DNA of 64,000 nt from Macrostomum lignano (taxonomy: Eukaryota), in assembly GCA_002269645.1 (NCBI GenBank), contig NIVC01000990.1, forward strand, positions 248,001-312,000. Reading direction: 5' to 3'. Shown here one piece after another: positions 35,190 to 48,950 of this stretch. Position 1 is the stretch's first letter; each line of letters starts with the position of its first letter. The notes beneath the pieces are model-generated. The model saw nothing but the letters and a program-made list of their open reading frames with translations. It searched no databases and was not told where the DNA came from. Position numbers and translations under genes: made by a program.

Positions 35190-35812
35190 CTGCACTTGGC
35201 CGGGCCGCTGGATGACAACTACATCCAGCTGCTGCTCGCTCGGCCACTGATCTGCCGAGGCGTCGCGCTGGCTGTTGTAGCGATTCCGAGCCCGACAGAT
35301 GTACCGGCCGTGTACACCTCTGTTGACGTTCTTCAGCTCAAGCACACCGGCCTCGGTAACCGCGATGGTGGCCGGTGGCCGGTACATGGATGTTGTTGGA
35401 TCGTTGTGATCGTAAACGAACCCGGGACTGCATCTGGAAGTCTGGTAGCCGTAACTGGAGTAGTGCGGCCGATCGCTGGGCATCAGCAGGCAGGCGATAT
35501 TGTTGTCGCCCTCGTACCGGGCCACCCAGCTAACATTGTAGGGCTTGTCGCCTTTCACCACGCACGGTATGCTGTGGTTGCTGCCGACGTGCAGCTCTAG
35601 ACGGCTGCTCTCGAACGGCAACACCTGGGCTGGGTAGCGAATCGACGGGTTGAACGTCGTTGACCGCAGCTTGGACGTGTCCGGCAGGTCCGTGGCACAA
35701 AGGAAGTGCCGGTCCTCCGGCCGGATCTCGGCGATTCGCAGGGTGCCATTGTCGAATTGGAACACTCGGGCTGAGGTGCCGTTCAGACTGTTGTACCTGG
35801 GGACTTGGCGCT
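35190..35812 (-). CDS. Dscam: Dscam exon 10: C-half of Ig8 + Ig9
   Basis: caccag|AG acceptor, CAG|GTGAAA donor. 623 nt. NGTLRI..FLC and IPCVV..SW..GRYICRARN. Confidence 0.9.
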
Positions 35813-35888
35813 CTGGTGAACAGGGAGGGAAGCGCTCAGGTGTTTATTATAGGACCTTGAAATCGAAAGGTCTTCGTCTGTCACTTAC

Positions 35889-36032
35889 CCCTGATGAGCT
35901 TGCTGCCCGAATACCACAGCAGGCCGGGCATGTCGGGTCCCGCCTCGGTGAGCTGGCAGCCCACGCTAACAGAAGTGCCAAGCACTACCTCTTTGTTGTT
36001 GGGCGGATGGCCGGGCTTGAAAATGTATTCCT
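35889..36032 (-). CDS. Dscam: Dscam exon 9: N-half of Ig8
   Basis: atttcag|AG acceptor, G|GTAAGT donor. 144 nt. NKEVVLGTSVSVGCQL..LLW. Confidence 0.85.
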
Positions 36033-36127
36033 CTGAAATAATAGTCCAATTCAGAAAAATCTTTTAATTTCCTTGTTAGAATATGGATTAATGAGAACTA
36101 CAATATGCTAGTCAAATAAACAAAAAA

Positions 36128-36447
36128 GTCACACACCTCGAGGGGAGCCAGTAGTCCAGTATACTAAAATTGTCACACCTCAAAGGGGGGCAGCCTGCTA
36201 GTCCAATATACTAAAATTGTTACACACCTCAAAGGGGGGCATCCTGCTAGTCTAATATACTAAAATTGTCACACACCTCAAAGGGGGGCAACCTGCTAGT
36301 CCAATATACTAAAATTGTCACACACCTCAAAGGGGGGCATCCTGCTAGTCTAATATACTAAAATTGTCACACACCTCAAAGGGGGGCAACCTGCTAGTCC
36401 AATATACTAAAATTGTTACACCTCGATAGGACCTCTGCTAGTCTAAT
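36128..36447. repeat. 49-nt tandem repeat x~6 (intron 8)
   Basis: ACACCTCAAAGGGGGGCATCCTGCTAGTCTAATATACTAAAATTGTCAC. Confidence 0.9.
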
Positions 36448-36480
36448 GCACTAAAGATCTTAAGTAATTTAAGCACTCAC

Positions 36481-36700
36481 TTTTATATTTGACCCGCTTC
36501 ACGCTTGACGCCGCATCATGACAGCTGACTAGGTGACATATGAAAACACCTTCGAATGGTTTGTCATCCGTGTAGCCAATGTCAATCTTAGCCTCGGTGT
36601 TGCGTTTCGACGGGTCGCTGAGCAGAAACTGAGGCACGCGTGCCTCAACGAAACGGTTTGAAATAGGGCAGTCACTCGAATCAATGCCGCTGCTGATAGT
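36481..36700 (-). CDS. Dscam: Dscam exon 8: C-half of Ig7
   Basis: accag|ACT acceptor (alternative in-frame AG at 36706), A|GTGAGT donor. 220 nt. FEGVFICHL. Confidence 0.75.
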
Positions 36701-37036
36701 CTGGTACTGATTTCGAGGTGGGCGGAATTGGCATGGCATTAACTTAACAAAGTATAACTTGGATTTCTTAGCAATTATAACACATTTTATGCATTAGACT
36801 GACTTTTCTACTGAATAAGCTGAAGTAGCATCAATGGTCTTTTTTGAACACAGAAAATTTATTTATTTATTTTTTGCGAAACGGATTTCTTCAATTCATC
36901 AAGGTTAATTCATAAGTTTCTCTATATCATTTAAAAAAATATTTTACAGAAGATTTACTTTTCGAATCGTATAACATCAAATAAACATAGTCCATAGACA
37001 AACTTAACTTAAAAAGAAAATAGGAGAATCACTCAC

Positions 37037-37629
37037 TGTCACAAGCCGCTGGGAACACGGCGAGTACATGTCCATCAGGCATGGCTCGAGTATCCTTTGG
37101 CTGCCGTTTCGCGAGCTCACGAACTCCCACCAGGCGTACCAGGGCCCGTCTGGCGTATTCACCGGCTTGCAGACGTCGCTAATTTTGATTCCGGACTCCA
37201 GGTCGAGCTGATCACTGAACGTGTTCGGCCTGATTCCGTTCACCACTTCTAGTTTCGTTGACTGCGATGGGCTGGTAGAAGGTCCTAGGCTCGAACCCGC
37301 AACGCCGGACTGCTTCACAGTGGCGGTGCAAGTGTACTGACCGGCGTCAATTGATTCAACATCCGTGATACGCAGCCTGTCGGGATGCTCTGCATCGTCG
37401 ACGCTGGTCCGGTGGTTGGTCGGCAGCTTGAGCACGGCGCCGCCCTCGGATCGCATCTCCCATCTGAGATCGTAGGTGGTCACCCGGAGACCGGGATAGC
37501 GGCTGGACAGGGCGGCGAGGTCCACGCCAGAGTGAAGACCGCCAAGGACGTTGCAGTCCATGCTGAAGTTTTTGTCTCTGATGGCGTACTGAGTCTTCTG
37601 CTCGAAGGGTCGAATGATCAGACTGGGCG
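37037..37629 (-). CDS. Dscam: Dscam exon 7: Ig6 + N-half of Ig7
   Basis: ctccgcag|CG acceptor, ACA|GTGAGT donor (phase 0). 593 nt. MDCNV..DAGQYTC. Confidence 0.9.
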
Positions 37630-38139
37630 CTGCGGAGGACGGAGAGCGATTGGTTACCGATATGTAGTGTAAATAAGTTTATACAGGGAAAATTTATTAT
37701 AGTATGGTAAGCATAGTATCATAAAGGACTATATGGAAGAGATCAGAGACGTCAGTTGCAGAAATACTTTTGGTGATTAAAATCCTGTCATAGTACACGA
37801 GGCAGAAGGCTACTTGAAACCACGGCACAAACCAGTAACCAGTTGAAGCTTAAATGCAAGTGAACCGATTACGAGCGTAAAAGGCAATAAAATCAGACCA
37901 GACGTGTCCAATTTAGATTGCATTTGTTGGCTAATCAAACCAATTTGTGTCTTTGTGCAAATTTCATTTCAGTATTTTTTAACTGCGAGCTTTTGCTTGC
38001 AGCGCATCTCGCCAAAAATTGCAGCAAAAAATTGCTTAGGTCATTGTCTTCTTTGGGAACTTTGTCTGGCAGCTTGCAAAAATATTTTATATAAAAAGCC
38101 CCCAAAAGCCAGGCAGGTATATATAATGGATGGATACAT

Positions 38140-38445
<306 letters not shown>

Positions 38446-38874
38446 GCTGATAAAGCACAACCCGGAAATGATCTCAATAAGAGAGAAGTCAGCCAATGGA
38501 AAGTACAAATGCGGGAGGGAGTCTCAAAAGCCTTGTGACCGAAGCAGATGGCCGTAGCGGGTTACGCAGCGGCCGGCATGGCTACCGCAGTCCCAGCGCA
38601 GACTGCTAGCCAGAGAAATGGAGAGCCGAAAAAAACATTCCATACAACTTGCAGCCACTAATGGCCAGGCAGGCAGCGGATCAACCTGCTGCTCCGAACT
38701 GTAGCCCAGATTCCAGACACGGCAACCACCCTCCACCCGTGCCGCCATTCCCGGGGGGCTGACTAGACTAGCATAAGAAAAAAAAACAGACTCAACAGAT
38801 AAAATCTAGATTCACTTTAAAACTAATACCTGAATTAGTTCTGAATTAGTTCTGAATTAGTTCTAAACTATAAG

Positions 38875-39295
38875 AGCCGAAAAGATAGGGGGAGAGGGCG
38901 GAAAGAGCCGATAGAAAGCAGAAACAGCCGGTAGGGAGCGGAAAAAAGCCGATAGACGGCGGAAAGAGCCGGTAGGGAGCGGAAAAAAGCCGATAGAGGG
39001 CGGAAAGAGCCGATAGAGAGCAGAAACAGCCGGTAGGGAGCGGAAAAAAGCCGATAGAGGGTGGATTGAGATTTTCGAAAGCGGAACGAGCCGGTATAGA
39101 GGGCGGAATGAACCAGTACAGGGCGGAATAAGCCGGTAGAAGGCGGAATGAGCCGCTAGAGGGCGGAATGAGCCAGTAGAGGGCGCAATGAGCCAGCAGA
39201 GGGCGGAATGAGCCAGTAGAGGGCGGAATGAGCCGTTAGATGGCGGAAAGAGCTGGTAGAGAGCGGAATGAGCCGCTAGATAGCTGTAGAAAGGC
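38875..39295. repeat. 21-nt purine-rich repeat GCGGAAAGAGCCGATAGAGG-like (intron 6)
   Basis: Direct reading. Confidence 0.85.
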
Positions 39296-39311
39296 GCCAA
39301 AAGAGACTCAC

Positions 39312-39662
39312 AAGCAACAGCAAACAGGTGAAACTCGCAGGTGGCCACGCCGAAGTCATTCCTGGCTTCGACCATCAGCCGACCCGTGTGCTCCGGCAGG
39401 GTGGGACTGAAGTTCACCGTCACATCCATGCGGCGCGTCGAGGCGCTGGTCTGCCTGGTGAAGGCCCGCGCGGACAGCGACTCGAACTCGTCGAATTTCG
39501 ACCTGCTGCCATCAAGGGTGATGCGAATTCGCGGCAAGGGCGCGGCGGTGAATCTGCAGGAGAAGCTGCCGCTGGCGCTCACCGGGCCGCCGTCTGTGCC
39601 TGGCAGGCTGACTGGGATGTACCGCTCTGGCGGCTGCTGATCCACTAGGTGGGGCGGCATCT
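39312..39662 (-). CDS. Dscam: Dscam exon 6: Ig5
   Basis: ccgcag|AG acceptor, T|GTGAGT donor. 351 nt. FSCRFTAAPLPRI..EARNDFG. Confidence 0.85.
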
Positions 39663-39705
39663 CTGCGGGGCGGACGGACGGGCGGGTTAGATAGAATAAT
39701 TTAGG

Positions 39706-40375
39706 TCAGACAGACAGACAGACACTGAGACAGACACTGAGACAGACACTGAGACAGACAGACATTGAGACATTGAGACAGACACTGAGACAGACAGACA
39801 GACACTGAGACAGACAGACAGACACTGAGACAGACAGACAGACACTCAGACAGACAGACAGACACTCAGACAGACAGACAGACACTGAGACAGACAGACA
39901 GACACTCAGACAGACAGACAGACAGACACTGAGACACTGAGACAGACACTGGGACAGACACTGAGACAGACACTGAGACAGACACTGAGACAGGCACTCA
40001 GACAGACACTAAGACAGACACTGAGACAGGCACTGAGACAGACACTAAGACAGACACTGAGACAGGCACTGAGACAGACACTGAGACAGGCACTCAGACA
40101 GACACTAAGACAGACACTGAGACAGGCACTGAGACAGACACTGAGACAGACAATAAGACGGACACTAAGAGACACTAAGACAGACACTGAGACAGACACT
40201 AAGAGACACTGGGACAGACACTGAGACGAACACTCAGACAGACACTCAGACAGACACTAAGACAGACACTGAGACAGGCACTGAGACAGACACTGAGACA
40301 GACACTAAGACGGACACTGAGACAGACACTGAGACAGACACTAAAACAGACAGACAGACAACAAGACAGACAGCC
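39706..40375. repeat. 12-nt GACAGACACTGA / (AGAC)n compound array (intron 5)
   Basis: Fills nearly the whole intron. Confidence 0.93.
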
Positions 40376-40390
40376 GGATTTCCAACTCAC

Positions 40391-40714
40391 TGTTAATGAT
40401 GACCTCCGTGGTGCTCTGCGCAGAATCGTAGGGCACTTTCTGGGCGGACGGCCGCAGGAAGCGCTCAGCAAAGCACTGGTACGGGCCCTGGTCCTTCAGC
40501 GTGGCGTTGGCGATGGTCAGCACGCTGTGTCCCCGCTCCAGGGACTCGCGTGCTCGGGTCACCCGGATTCGAGTCCCGTCCACCTCCACAGGCCGGCCAT
40601 TGTGCAGCCAGCTGATGCTGTCTATGGGCCAGCCCTGCACGTCGCAGGCCAGACTGACGTTGCCGCCGAAATCGACAATCAGCGGACTGGCCGGCGTCCT
40701 CACCGAGATGCGGG
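40391..40714 (-). CDS. Dscam: Dscam exon 5: Ig4
   Basis: cacag|CC acceptor, A|GTGAGT donor. 324 nt. VDFGGNVSLACDVQGWP..DQGPYQCF. Confidence 0.9.
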
Positions 40715-40732
40715 CTGTGGGGATGATCAAAA

Positions 40733-41332
40733 TGTCTGTTGGTCATTTCCCTTATCTTTCTGTTTGTCATTTCTCTTGTATGTTGGTCATACTCTTGTAT
40801 GTTGGTCATACTCTTGTATGTTGGTCATTTCCCTTATCTTTCTGTTGGTCATTTCTCTTGTCTGTTGGTCATACTCTTGTATGTTGGTCATTTCCCTTAT
40901 CTTTCTGTTGGTCATTTCTCTTGTCTGTTGGTCATACTCTTGTATGTTGGTCATTTCCCTTATCTTTCTGTTGGTCATTTCTCTTGTATGTTGGTCATAC
41001 TCTTGTATGTTGGTCATTTCCCTTATCTTTCTGTTGGTCATTTCTCTTGTCTGTTGGTCATACTCTTGTATGTTGGTCATTTCCTTTATCTGTTTGTTGG
41101 TCATTTCCCTTATCTGTCTGTTGGTCATTTCTCTTAACTGTTGGTCATTTCTCTTGTCTGTCAGTTGGTCATTTCTCTTATCTGTCTGTTGGTCATTTCT
41201 CTCATCTGTCTGTTGGTCATTTCTCTTATCTGTCTGTTGGTCATTTCTCTTATCTGTCTGTTGGTCATTTCTCTTATCTGTCTGTTGGTCATTTCTCTTA
41301 TCTGTCTGTTGGTCATTTCTCTTATCTGTCCC
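40733..41332. repeat. 20-24-nt repeat TGTTGGTCATTTCTCTTATCTGTC (intron 4)
   Basis: Direct reading. Confidence 0.92.
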
Positions 41333-41669
41333 TCTTATACTAGAAAAACACCGCATTATCGATTTTTTGACAGAAAAAACTTTCTTCTTCTTGATAAGAA
41401 GATTGCGTAAGAGTCTGCTTTGAGGCTGCGGCAGCTGAGTGGCCGCTGCATACTCTGCGACCGTCAGCTCCATCAAGTCGACAGAGAGGCACTCAACTTT
41501 TAAGCCACTTATTCATTTCTATTTTTTGCTTCGACTCAGAAGCTTCCGCCTTGTCTTCTGCTTTTAAACTTGATAAAAATTGGAGCGATGGGCCGCAGAA
41601 AGTTTCAATAACTAAGTTGACCAACTAGAGCTTGAATTGATCGAGTACGAGTGATGGCAGACTCCAGTC

Positions 41670-42195
41670 TACTCTCTTTCTCACCGACTCTACTCTCTCC
41701 CTCACCCACTCTACTCTCTCTCACCCACTCTCTCTCACCCACTCTCTCTCACCCACTCTACCCTCTCTCTCACCCACTCTACTCTCTTCCTCACCCACTC
41801 TACTCTCTCTCACCCACTCTCTCTCACCCACTCCCTCTCACCCACTCTACCCTCTCCCTCACCCACTCTACTCTCTCTCACCCACTCTCTCTCACCCACT
41901 CCCTCTCACCCACTCTACCCTCTCTCTCACCCACTCTACTCTCTTCCTCATTCACTCTACTCTCTTCCTCACCCACTCTACCCTCTCCCTTACCCACTCT
42001 ACTCTCTCTCACCCATTCTCTCTCACCCACTCTACCTTCTCTCTCACCCACTCTACTCTCTTCCTCATCCACTCTACTCTCTTCTTCACCCACTCTACCC
42101 TCTCCCTTACCCACTCTACTCTCTCTCTCACCCACTCCACTCTACTCTCTCCCTCACCCACTCTACTCTCTCTCTTACCCACTCTACTCTACATT
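41670..42195. repeat. C/T-rich CTCACCCACTCTACTCT repeat (intron 4)
   Basis: Direct reading. Confidence 0.88.
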
Positions 42196-42330
42196 TAATC
42201 TCCCAAATACACTCTATTTCCGTCATATACCTACTCTATGAGCTCGTAGTTTAATCTACTCTCTCCCCTCTACTCTCCTCGGTGCTCCTCTACTCTCCCC
42301 GCAGCCCTCCAGACCGGCCAGTGCACTCAC

Positions 42331-42822
42331 AGTACAAGTCCAGCGTGACATTCTCCAGCAGGGTGTCGCCAAAGGAGCAGGTGTACACCCCGGCATCCGA
42401 GCGCCTGGGATCTCGAATTCGCAGACTACCGACGTCTTCCCTAACAAAAGCAAAAGTCTGCTCGCTATAGGGGATCTCGCTGACCCTCAGCGGGAGGCCG
42501 TTCTTCCTCCAGCTGTACTTGCGCCCCGCTCCGAGCTCCCCGCCCGCTCCCTTGAGGTAGCAGGGCAGCAGCACCACCAGGCCGCTGCGAATCTCGTGCG
42601 CCGTTCGCACATTTCGAACTGTTGTCGGCTTCTCAAATGAGCTGGATGTTGGCAACAGTTGAATCGGGGTTGGCATGGACTTGGCTGTGAACACCGTTCT
42701 GCCGCCTTCGGTCAGGGACACCTCGGCGCTGTACCTGAATTTTACGTCTTTTTCGTCCACGTGTAGAATGTGCAGAGAGTTGTAGCCGTTCTCGAATATG
42801 GCGTACTTGGTTTGGAAGAACG
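42331..42822 (-). CDS. Dscam: Dscam exon 4: C-half of Ig2 + Ig3
   Basis: ccgcag|CG acceptor, T|GTGAGT donor. 492 nt, phase 1-1. LPCYL..YSW..DAGVYTC. Confidence 0.9.
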
Positions 42823-42859
42823 CTGCGGATGGGTGACGTTGGGGGGTTGGAGGGAATAG

Positions 42860-44400
42860 ATAGAGTTTGAGTAGAGTAGAGCAGAGTAGAGTAGAGCAGA
42901 GCAGATTAGAGTAGGGCAGAGTAGAGTGAAATAGGGTTGAGTGTAGAGGGTACAGTTAAGTTGAATACAGTATAGTATAGTATAGTAGAGTGGAGTAGAG
43001 TGGAGTAGAGTGGAGTAGAGTGGAGTAGAGTGGAGTAGAGTGGAGTAGAGTGGAGTAGAGTGGAGTAGAGTGGAGTAGAGTGGAGTAGAGTGGAGTAGAG
43101 TGGAGTAGAGTAGATTAGAGAGTATAGTAGAGCAAATTACAGTAAAACAGATATAGTAAAACAGGTTCGAGTAGATTATAGCAGAGCAGAGTAGAGTAGA
43201 GTAGAGCAGATCGGAGTAGATTAGTGCAGAGTAGAGTAGAGTAGAGCAGATTATAGTAGGGTAGAGCAGATTAGAGTAGAGCAGATTAGAGTAGAGCAGA
43301 TTGGAGTAGAGTAGAGTAGAGCAGAGTAGAGTAGAGCAGAGCAGAGTAGAGTAGAGCAGAGTAGAATAGAGTAGATTCGATTAGAGTAGAGTAGAATAGA
43401 GTAGATTCGATTAGAGTAGAGTAGAATAGAGTAGAGCAGATCGGAGTAGAGTAGAGCAGATTGGAGTAGAGTAGAGCAGATTGGAGTAGAGTAGAGCAGA
43501 GTAGAGTAGAGCTGATTAGAATAGAGTAGAGCAGATTAGAGTAGAGTAGAGCAGATTGGAGTAGAGTAGAGCAGATTGGAGTAGAGTAGAGGAGACTGGA
43601 GTAGAGTAGAGGAGACTGGAGTAGAGTAGAGCAGATTGGAGTAGAGTAGAGCAGATTGGAGTAGAGTAGAGCAGAGTAGAATAGAGTAGAATCGATTAGA
43701 GTAGAGTAGAATAGAGTAGATTCGATTAGAGTAGAGTAGAATAGAGTAGAGCAGATCGGAGTAGAGTAGAGCAGATTGGAGTAGAGTAGAGCAGATTGGA
43801 GTAGAGTAGAGCAGAGTAGAGTAGAGCTGATTAGAATAGAGTAGAGCAGATTAGAGTAGAGTAGAGCAGATTGGAGTAGAGTAGAGGAGACTGGAGTAGA
43901 GTAGAGCAGATTGGAGTAGAGTAGAGCAGATTAGAGTAGGGTAGAGCAGATTAGAATAGGGTAGAGCAGATTAGAATAGAGTAGAGCAGATTGGAGTAGA
44001 GTAGAGCAGAGTAGAGTAAAGTAGAGCAGATTGGAGTAGAGTAGAGCAGATTGGAGTAGAGTAGAGCAGATTAGAGTAGGGTAGAGCAGATTAGAATAGG
44101 GTAGAGCAGATTAGAATAGAGTAGAGCAGATTGGAGTAGAGTAGAGCAGAGTAGAGTAAAGTAGAGCAGATTGGGGTAGAGTAGAGCAGAGTAGAGTAGA
44201 GTAGAGCAGATTGGAGTAGAGTAGAGCAGATTGGAGTAGAGTAGAGCAGATTGGAGTAGAGTAGAGCAGAGTAGAGTAGAGCAGACTGGAGTAGAGTAGA
44301 GCAGATTGGAGTAGAGTAGAGCAGACTGGAGTAGAGTAGAGCAGATTGTAGTTAGAGCAGATTGGAGTAGAGCCGATTAGAATAGCGTAGAGCAGAGCAG
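42860..44400. repeat. AGAGT/AGAGC pentamer-based compound array (intron 3)
   Basis: Direct reading. Confidence 0.93.
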
Positions 44401-44892
44401 ATTACAATAGAACTGAGAGCAGGGTGCAGTGAATATTGAAAGCACATCGATGGCACGCCCTGATGTATCTCATTTTGTCAGTCTGCTATCCGTACTCGAG
44501 CGCATGTATTCCGCAGTCAGTCACCAGCGCACCTGCGACCCTTCACATCATCTCTGTTTATCATTTCTAAAATCCATCCTTTAAGCTATTCAACGATCCA
44601 GTTCTGAGTGTGGATTGCAGGTTGATTGCGTAACAAGATTTAACGCTACCTTCAGAGCCCTGTTTTGCTTGCTAAGCCCATATTCATCAGGATTGATTGG
44701 CACTTGAGGGGAAAAGGGAGGAACGAATGCTCACGAAGACTCAGGGGGGAGCCTGACTGAGAGTCTGAGATATCGGAGAGAACTACTGGCTAGATCGATG
44801 AGTGAACCTGAAAAACTGCATCACTGCGATAACTTGAACGTGAGTGGGACTCTGCTTCATGGCATTTGAGCTTTTGTTGTGAGGTTGTTGAG

Positions 44893-45975
44893 TCATTGGT
44901 GTGGTATCTGGGTCATTTGTGTGGTATTTGGGTCATTGGTGTGGTATTTAGATCATTGGTGTGGTATTTGGGTTATTGATGTGGTTTCTGGGTCATTGGT
45001 GTGGTATTTAGATCATTGGTGTGGTATTTAGGTCATTGGTGTGGTATTTGAGTCATTGGTGTGGTATTTAGGTCATTGGTGTGGTATTAAGGTCATTTGT
45101 GTGGTATTTGAGTCATTGGTGTGGTATTTGGGTCATTGGTGTGGTATTAAGGTCATTGGTGTGGTATTAAGGTCATTAGTGTGGTATTTGGGTGATTTGT
45201 GAGGTATTTAGGTCATTGGTGTGGTATTTAGGTCATTGGTGTAGTATTTAGGTCATTGGTGTGGTATTTAGGTCATTGGTGTGGTATTTAGGTCATTGGT
45301 GTGGTATTTAGGTCATTGGTGTGGTATTTAGGTCATTGGTGTGGTATTTAGGTCATTGGTGTGGTATTTAGGTCATTGGTGTGGTATTTAGGTCATTGGT
45401 GTGGTATTTAGGTCATTGGTGTGGTATTTAGGTCATTGGTGTGGTATTTAGGTCATTGGTGTGGTATTTAGGTCATTGGTGTGGTATTTAGGTCATTGGT
45501 GTGGTATTTAGGTCATTGGTGTGGTATTTAGGTCATTGGTGTGGTATTTAGGTCATTGGTGTGGTATTTAGGTGATTTGTGAGGTATTTGGGTCATTGGT
45601 GTGGTATTAAGGTCATTGGTGTGGTATTAAGGTCATTGGTGTGGTATTTGGGTGATTTGTGAGGTATTTAGGTCATTGGTGTGGTATTTAGGTCATTGGT
45701 GTAGTATTTAGGTCATTGGTGTGGTATTTAGGTCATTGGTGTGGTATTTAGGTCATTGGTGTGGTATTTAGGTCATTGGTGTGGTATTTAGGTCATTGGT
45801 GTGGTATTTAGGTCATTGGTGTGGTATTTAGGTCATTGGTGTGGTATTTAGGTCATTGGTGTGGTATTTAGGTCATTGGTGTGGTATTTAGGTCATTATG
45901 TGGTATTTGAGTCCTTGATGTGGTATTAGGTCATCGGTGCGGTATTTGGCTCGCAGGTGTTGTATTTTGGTCATT
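44893..45975. repeat. 20-nt repeat GGTCATTGGTGTGGTATTTA x~50 (intron 3)
   Basis: Direct reading. Confidence 0.95.
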
Positions 45976-46054
45976 GGGTAGATTAGTGAGTACTACAGCT
46001 ACCCAAGTGTGAAAACTTCGCAATTAATGAACCAGTTTCCATTGGGCAACTTAC

Positions 46055-46219
46055 AGTAGTTCAGCTGCGTCGCAGTTCTGTCCGTGCTGTTAAATCTGTA
46101 GTGGGTGACGTTGAAATAGTCGGTTAAATCCGGGCTGGTCTGGGTCTTGCAGATGACAACGCCGCCACGGGGGGCCGAGTGGCAGAGGGTCTGCGCCTGC
46201 ACGTAGCGCAGGTTGGTGA
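46055..46219 (-). CDS. Dscam: Dscam exon 3: N-terminal half of Ig2
   Basis: ttttcag|TC acceptor, T|GTAAGT donor. 165 nt, phase 1-1. VTNLRYVQAQTLCHSAPRGGVVICKTQ. Confidence 0.8.
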
Positions 46220-46374
46220 CTGAAAATTGTGGTTGAAGTTTTTAGGTTTTATTATTCACTATGGTGAGCACTGTATCACAACTTTTCAAATATTTTAAGC
46301 AATGTACACGCGGTGAAAACTTCGATAAAACCGAACGTACTCCAATACCAATCTACATGGGGATTCCTTGCCAA

Positions 46375-46695
46375 TAGATATGTACGCTTCAGGGATTCTC
46401 CGCCAATAGTAATGTACACTATAGTGATTCCCCGCAAATCGCCGATGTACGCTGTAGGGATTCTCTGCCAATACCAATGTAAACTGTAGGGATTCCCCGA
46501 AAATCACCGATGCACACTGTAGGGATTCCCCGAAAATCACCAATGTACGCTGTAGAGATTCTCTGCCAAAACAAATGTAAACTGTAGGGATTCTCCAAAA
46601 ATCACCGATGTACGATGTAGGAATTCTCCGCCAATAACAATGTACACTGTAGGGATTTCCCGAAAATCACCAATGTACACTGTAGGGATTCCCCA
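46375..46695. repeat. ~33-nt diverged repeat ATGTACACTGTAGGGATTC.. (intron 2)
   Basis: Direct reading. Confidence 0.8.
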
Positions 46696-47589
46696 CTTAT
46701 AAAAAGTACATTGACATTCTATAGATAGCCTACATATCGTGAAGCCTCACCAAGCAATTAAAAAATGCAGCCATGTGCCAGCCTCCAGTTTAAAGACAAC
46801 CCCCCTCCTCGGCAAGTGCAAACAGACAGTGTCAACTGCATGGATGAATGCTCGAATCGAACACAAGCAGCCGGCCAACCCAACCTCGCCAAATTAGCAC
46901 AGCAATGTCAGCAACACCCCGCGTGGTTCAACGATGATCGATAAGCTTATAGACAAACAAAAACTGCTTACATCCACACGCAAGCATATATAGGCAAGCA
47001 GCAGCTAAACTAAGTATTTTATTATCTATACATACTATAATGGCGAGGGCAAGAGTGGGACGAGAGTGAAAGTGGAGAGAGGGGGGAGGGGTGGCTGGCT
47101 AGGGCGAGACAGAGAGACAGAAATGGATGATGGAGGCTGGAAGGAGAGGCCGAGGGCAGAAGGGATGGAGAGAGAGAGTCAGGGCACGCATTGATCTTTT
47201 ACTAAACTAGGCAGGCAGCTGCAATCCACACCCAGCTAGCAGAAGCAGTTTTCTACATTGACACCGGGTTCCCAGAGGAAGCTTACTTAGGTAATAATAG
47301 CATAGTAGAAAATCTAAACTTCGAGCCGCTTAGCACAGATACTGGACTGGATGGCTACATGCGTGTGCGCGCCAGGGACTTTGCGTGCTGTTGTTCACTT
47401 CATCATTAATCATTATCTGTTTCCTAGCTATGGGGGGAGTTTTGGGTATTTTATTTGATTCTTTTTGAAAGATGCCAGCTGGCTTGATATTATGACAGGT
47501 GGCGGCAAACTCCGGTCCGTGCCTCTCTTTTTGGCTCTCGGGTCTTTTGAAACAATAGCAATCTGGTCCGCTCAAGGTTTTTCAGCTCT

Positions 47590-47711
47590 CATCTCTTTTC
47601 TCTACTCTCGTCTCTCTTATCTTCTCTCTTCTCTCTTCTCCCTTTTTTTCTTTTTTCTCTCGTCTAATCTCTTCTTTCTCCCCCTCTCATCTCTATCCTC
47701 TCTCTTGTCTC

Positions 47712-47773
<62 letters not shown>

Positions 47774-48950
47774 TCTATCCTCTCTCTTGTCTCTCTTCTC
47801 TTCTCTCTCCCCTCTCATCTCTCATCTTCTCTCCATTCTTCTCTCTCCCCCTCTTATCTCTATCCTCTGTCTTGCCTCTATTCTCTCTGTCTCTCTCCCC
47901 TATTCTCTTTTCTCTCTCTCTCCACTCTTCTCTCTCCCTCTCTCTCCACTCTTCTCTCTTCTCTCTCTCCAATCTTCTCTCTCCCTCTCTCTCCACTATT
48001 CTCTCTCCCTCTCTCTCTCCCTCTCTCTCCACTCTTCTCTCTCCCCTCTCTCTCCACTCTTCTCTCTTCTCTCTCTCCACTCTTCTCTCTCCCTCTCTCT
48101 CCACTCTTCTCTCTTCCCTCTCTCTCTCCACTCTTCTCTCTCCCCTCTCTCTCTCCACTCTTCTCTCTCCCCTCTCTCTCCACTCTTCTCTCTCCCCTCT
48201 CTCTCCACTCTTCTCTCTCCCCTCTCTCTCCACTCTTCTCTCTCCCCTCTCTCTCCACTCTTCTCTCTTCTCTCTCTCCACTCTTCTCTCTCCCTCTCTC
48301 TCTCCCTCTCTCTCCACTCTTCTCTCTCCACTCTTCTCTCTCCCCTCTCTCTCCACTCTTCTCTCTTCTCTCTCTCCACTCTTCTCTCTCCCTCTCTCTC
48401 CACTCTTCTCTCTTCCCTCTCTCTCTCCACTCTTCTCTCTCCCTCTCTCTCCACTCTTCTCTCTTCCCTCTCTCTCTCCACTCTTCTCTCTCCCTCTCTC
48501 TCTCCACTCTTCTCTCTCCCCTCTCTCTCCACTCTTCTCTCTCCCCTCTCTCTCCACTCTTCTCTCTCCCCTCTCTCTCCACTCTTCTCTCTCCCCTCTC
48601 TCTCCACTCTTCTCTCTTCTCTCTCTCCACTCTTCTCTCTCCCTCTCTCTCCACTCTTCTCTCTTCCCTCTCTCTCTCCACTCTTCTCTCTCCCCTCTCT
48701 CTCTCCACTCTTCTCTCTCCCCTCTCTCTCCACTCTTCTCTCTCCCCTCTCTCTCCACTCTTCTCTCTCCCCTCTCTCTCCACTCTTCTCTCTTCTCTCT
48801 CTCCACTCTTCTCTCTCCCTCTCTCTCCACTCTTCTCTCTCCCCTCTCTCTCCACTCTTCTCTCTTCTCTCTCTCCACTCTTCTCTCTCCCCTCTCATCT
48901 CTCTCCTCTCTTTTCTTCCCTCTCTCCCCTATATGATCTCTTCCCTATTC
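47590..48950. repeat. CT-rich polypyrimidine minisatellite (CTCTCTCCACTCTTCTCTCTCCC) (intron 2)
   Basis: Direct reading. Confidence 0.93.

Noticed and set aside
38571-38640. GGCCGGCATGG..GTCCCAGC resembles the 5' end of the HDV genomic ribozyme
   Set aside because: No proper P3/L3, only a mismatched P1 partner, and no downstream TGGGAC to close P2.
44735-44807. Candidate alternative exon in Dscam intron 3 (tttttcag..GTGAGC)
   Set aside because: It is 73 nt, phase 1 to 2, so it would frameshift, and it has no similarity to exon 3.
45999-46054. Extension of Dscam exon 3 as CKLPNGNWFINCEVFTLG*
   Set aside because: It lies beyond a perfect T|GTAAGT donor whose phase matches exon 4, so it is intronic read-through.
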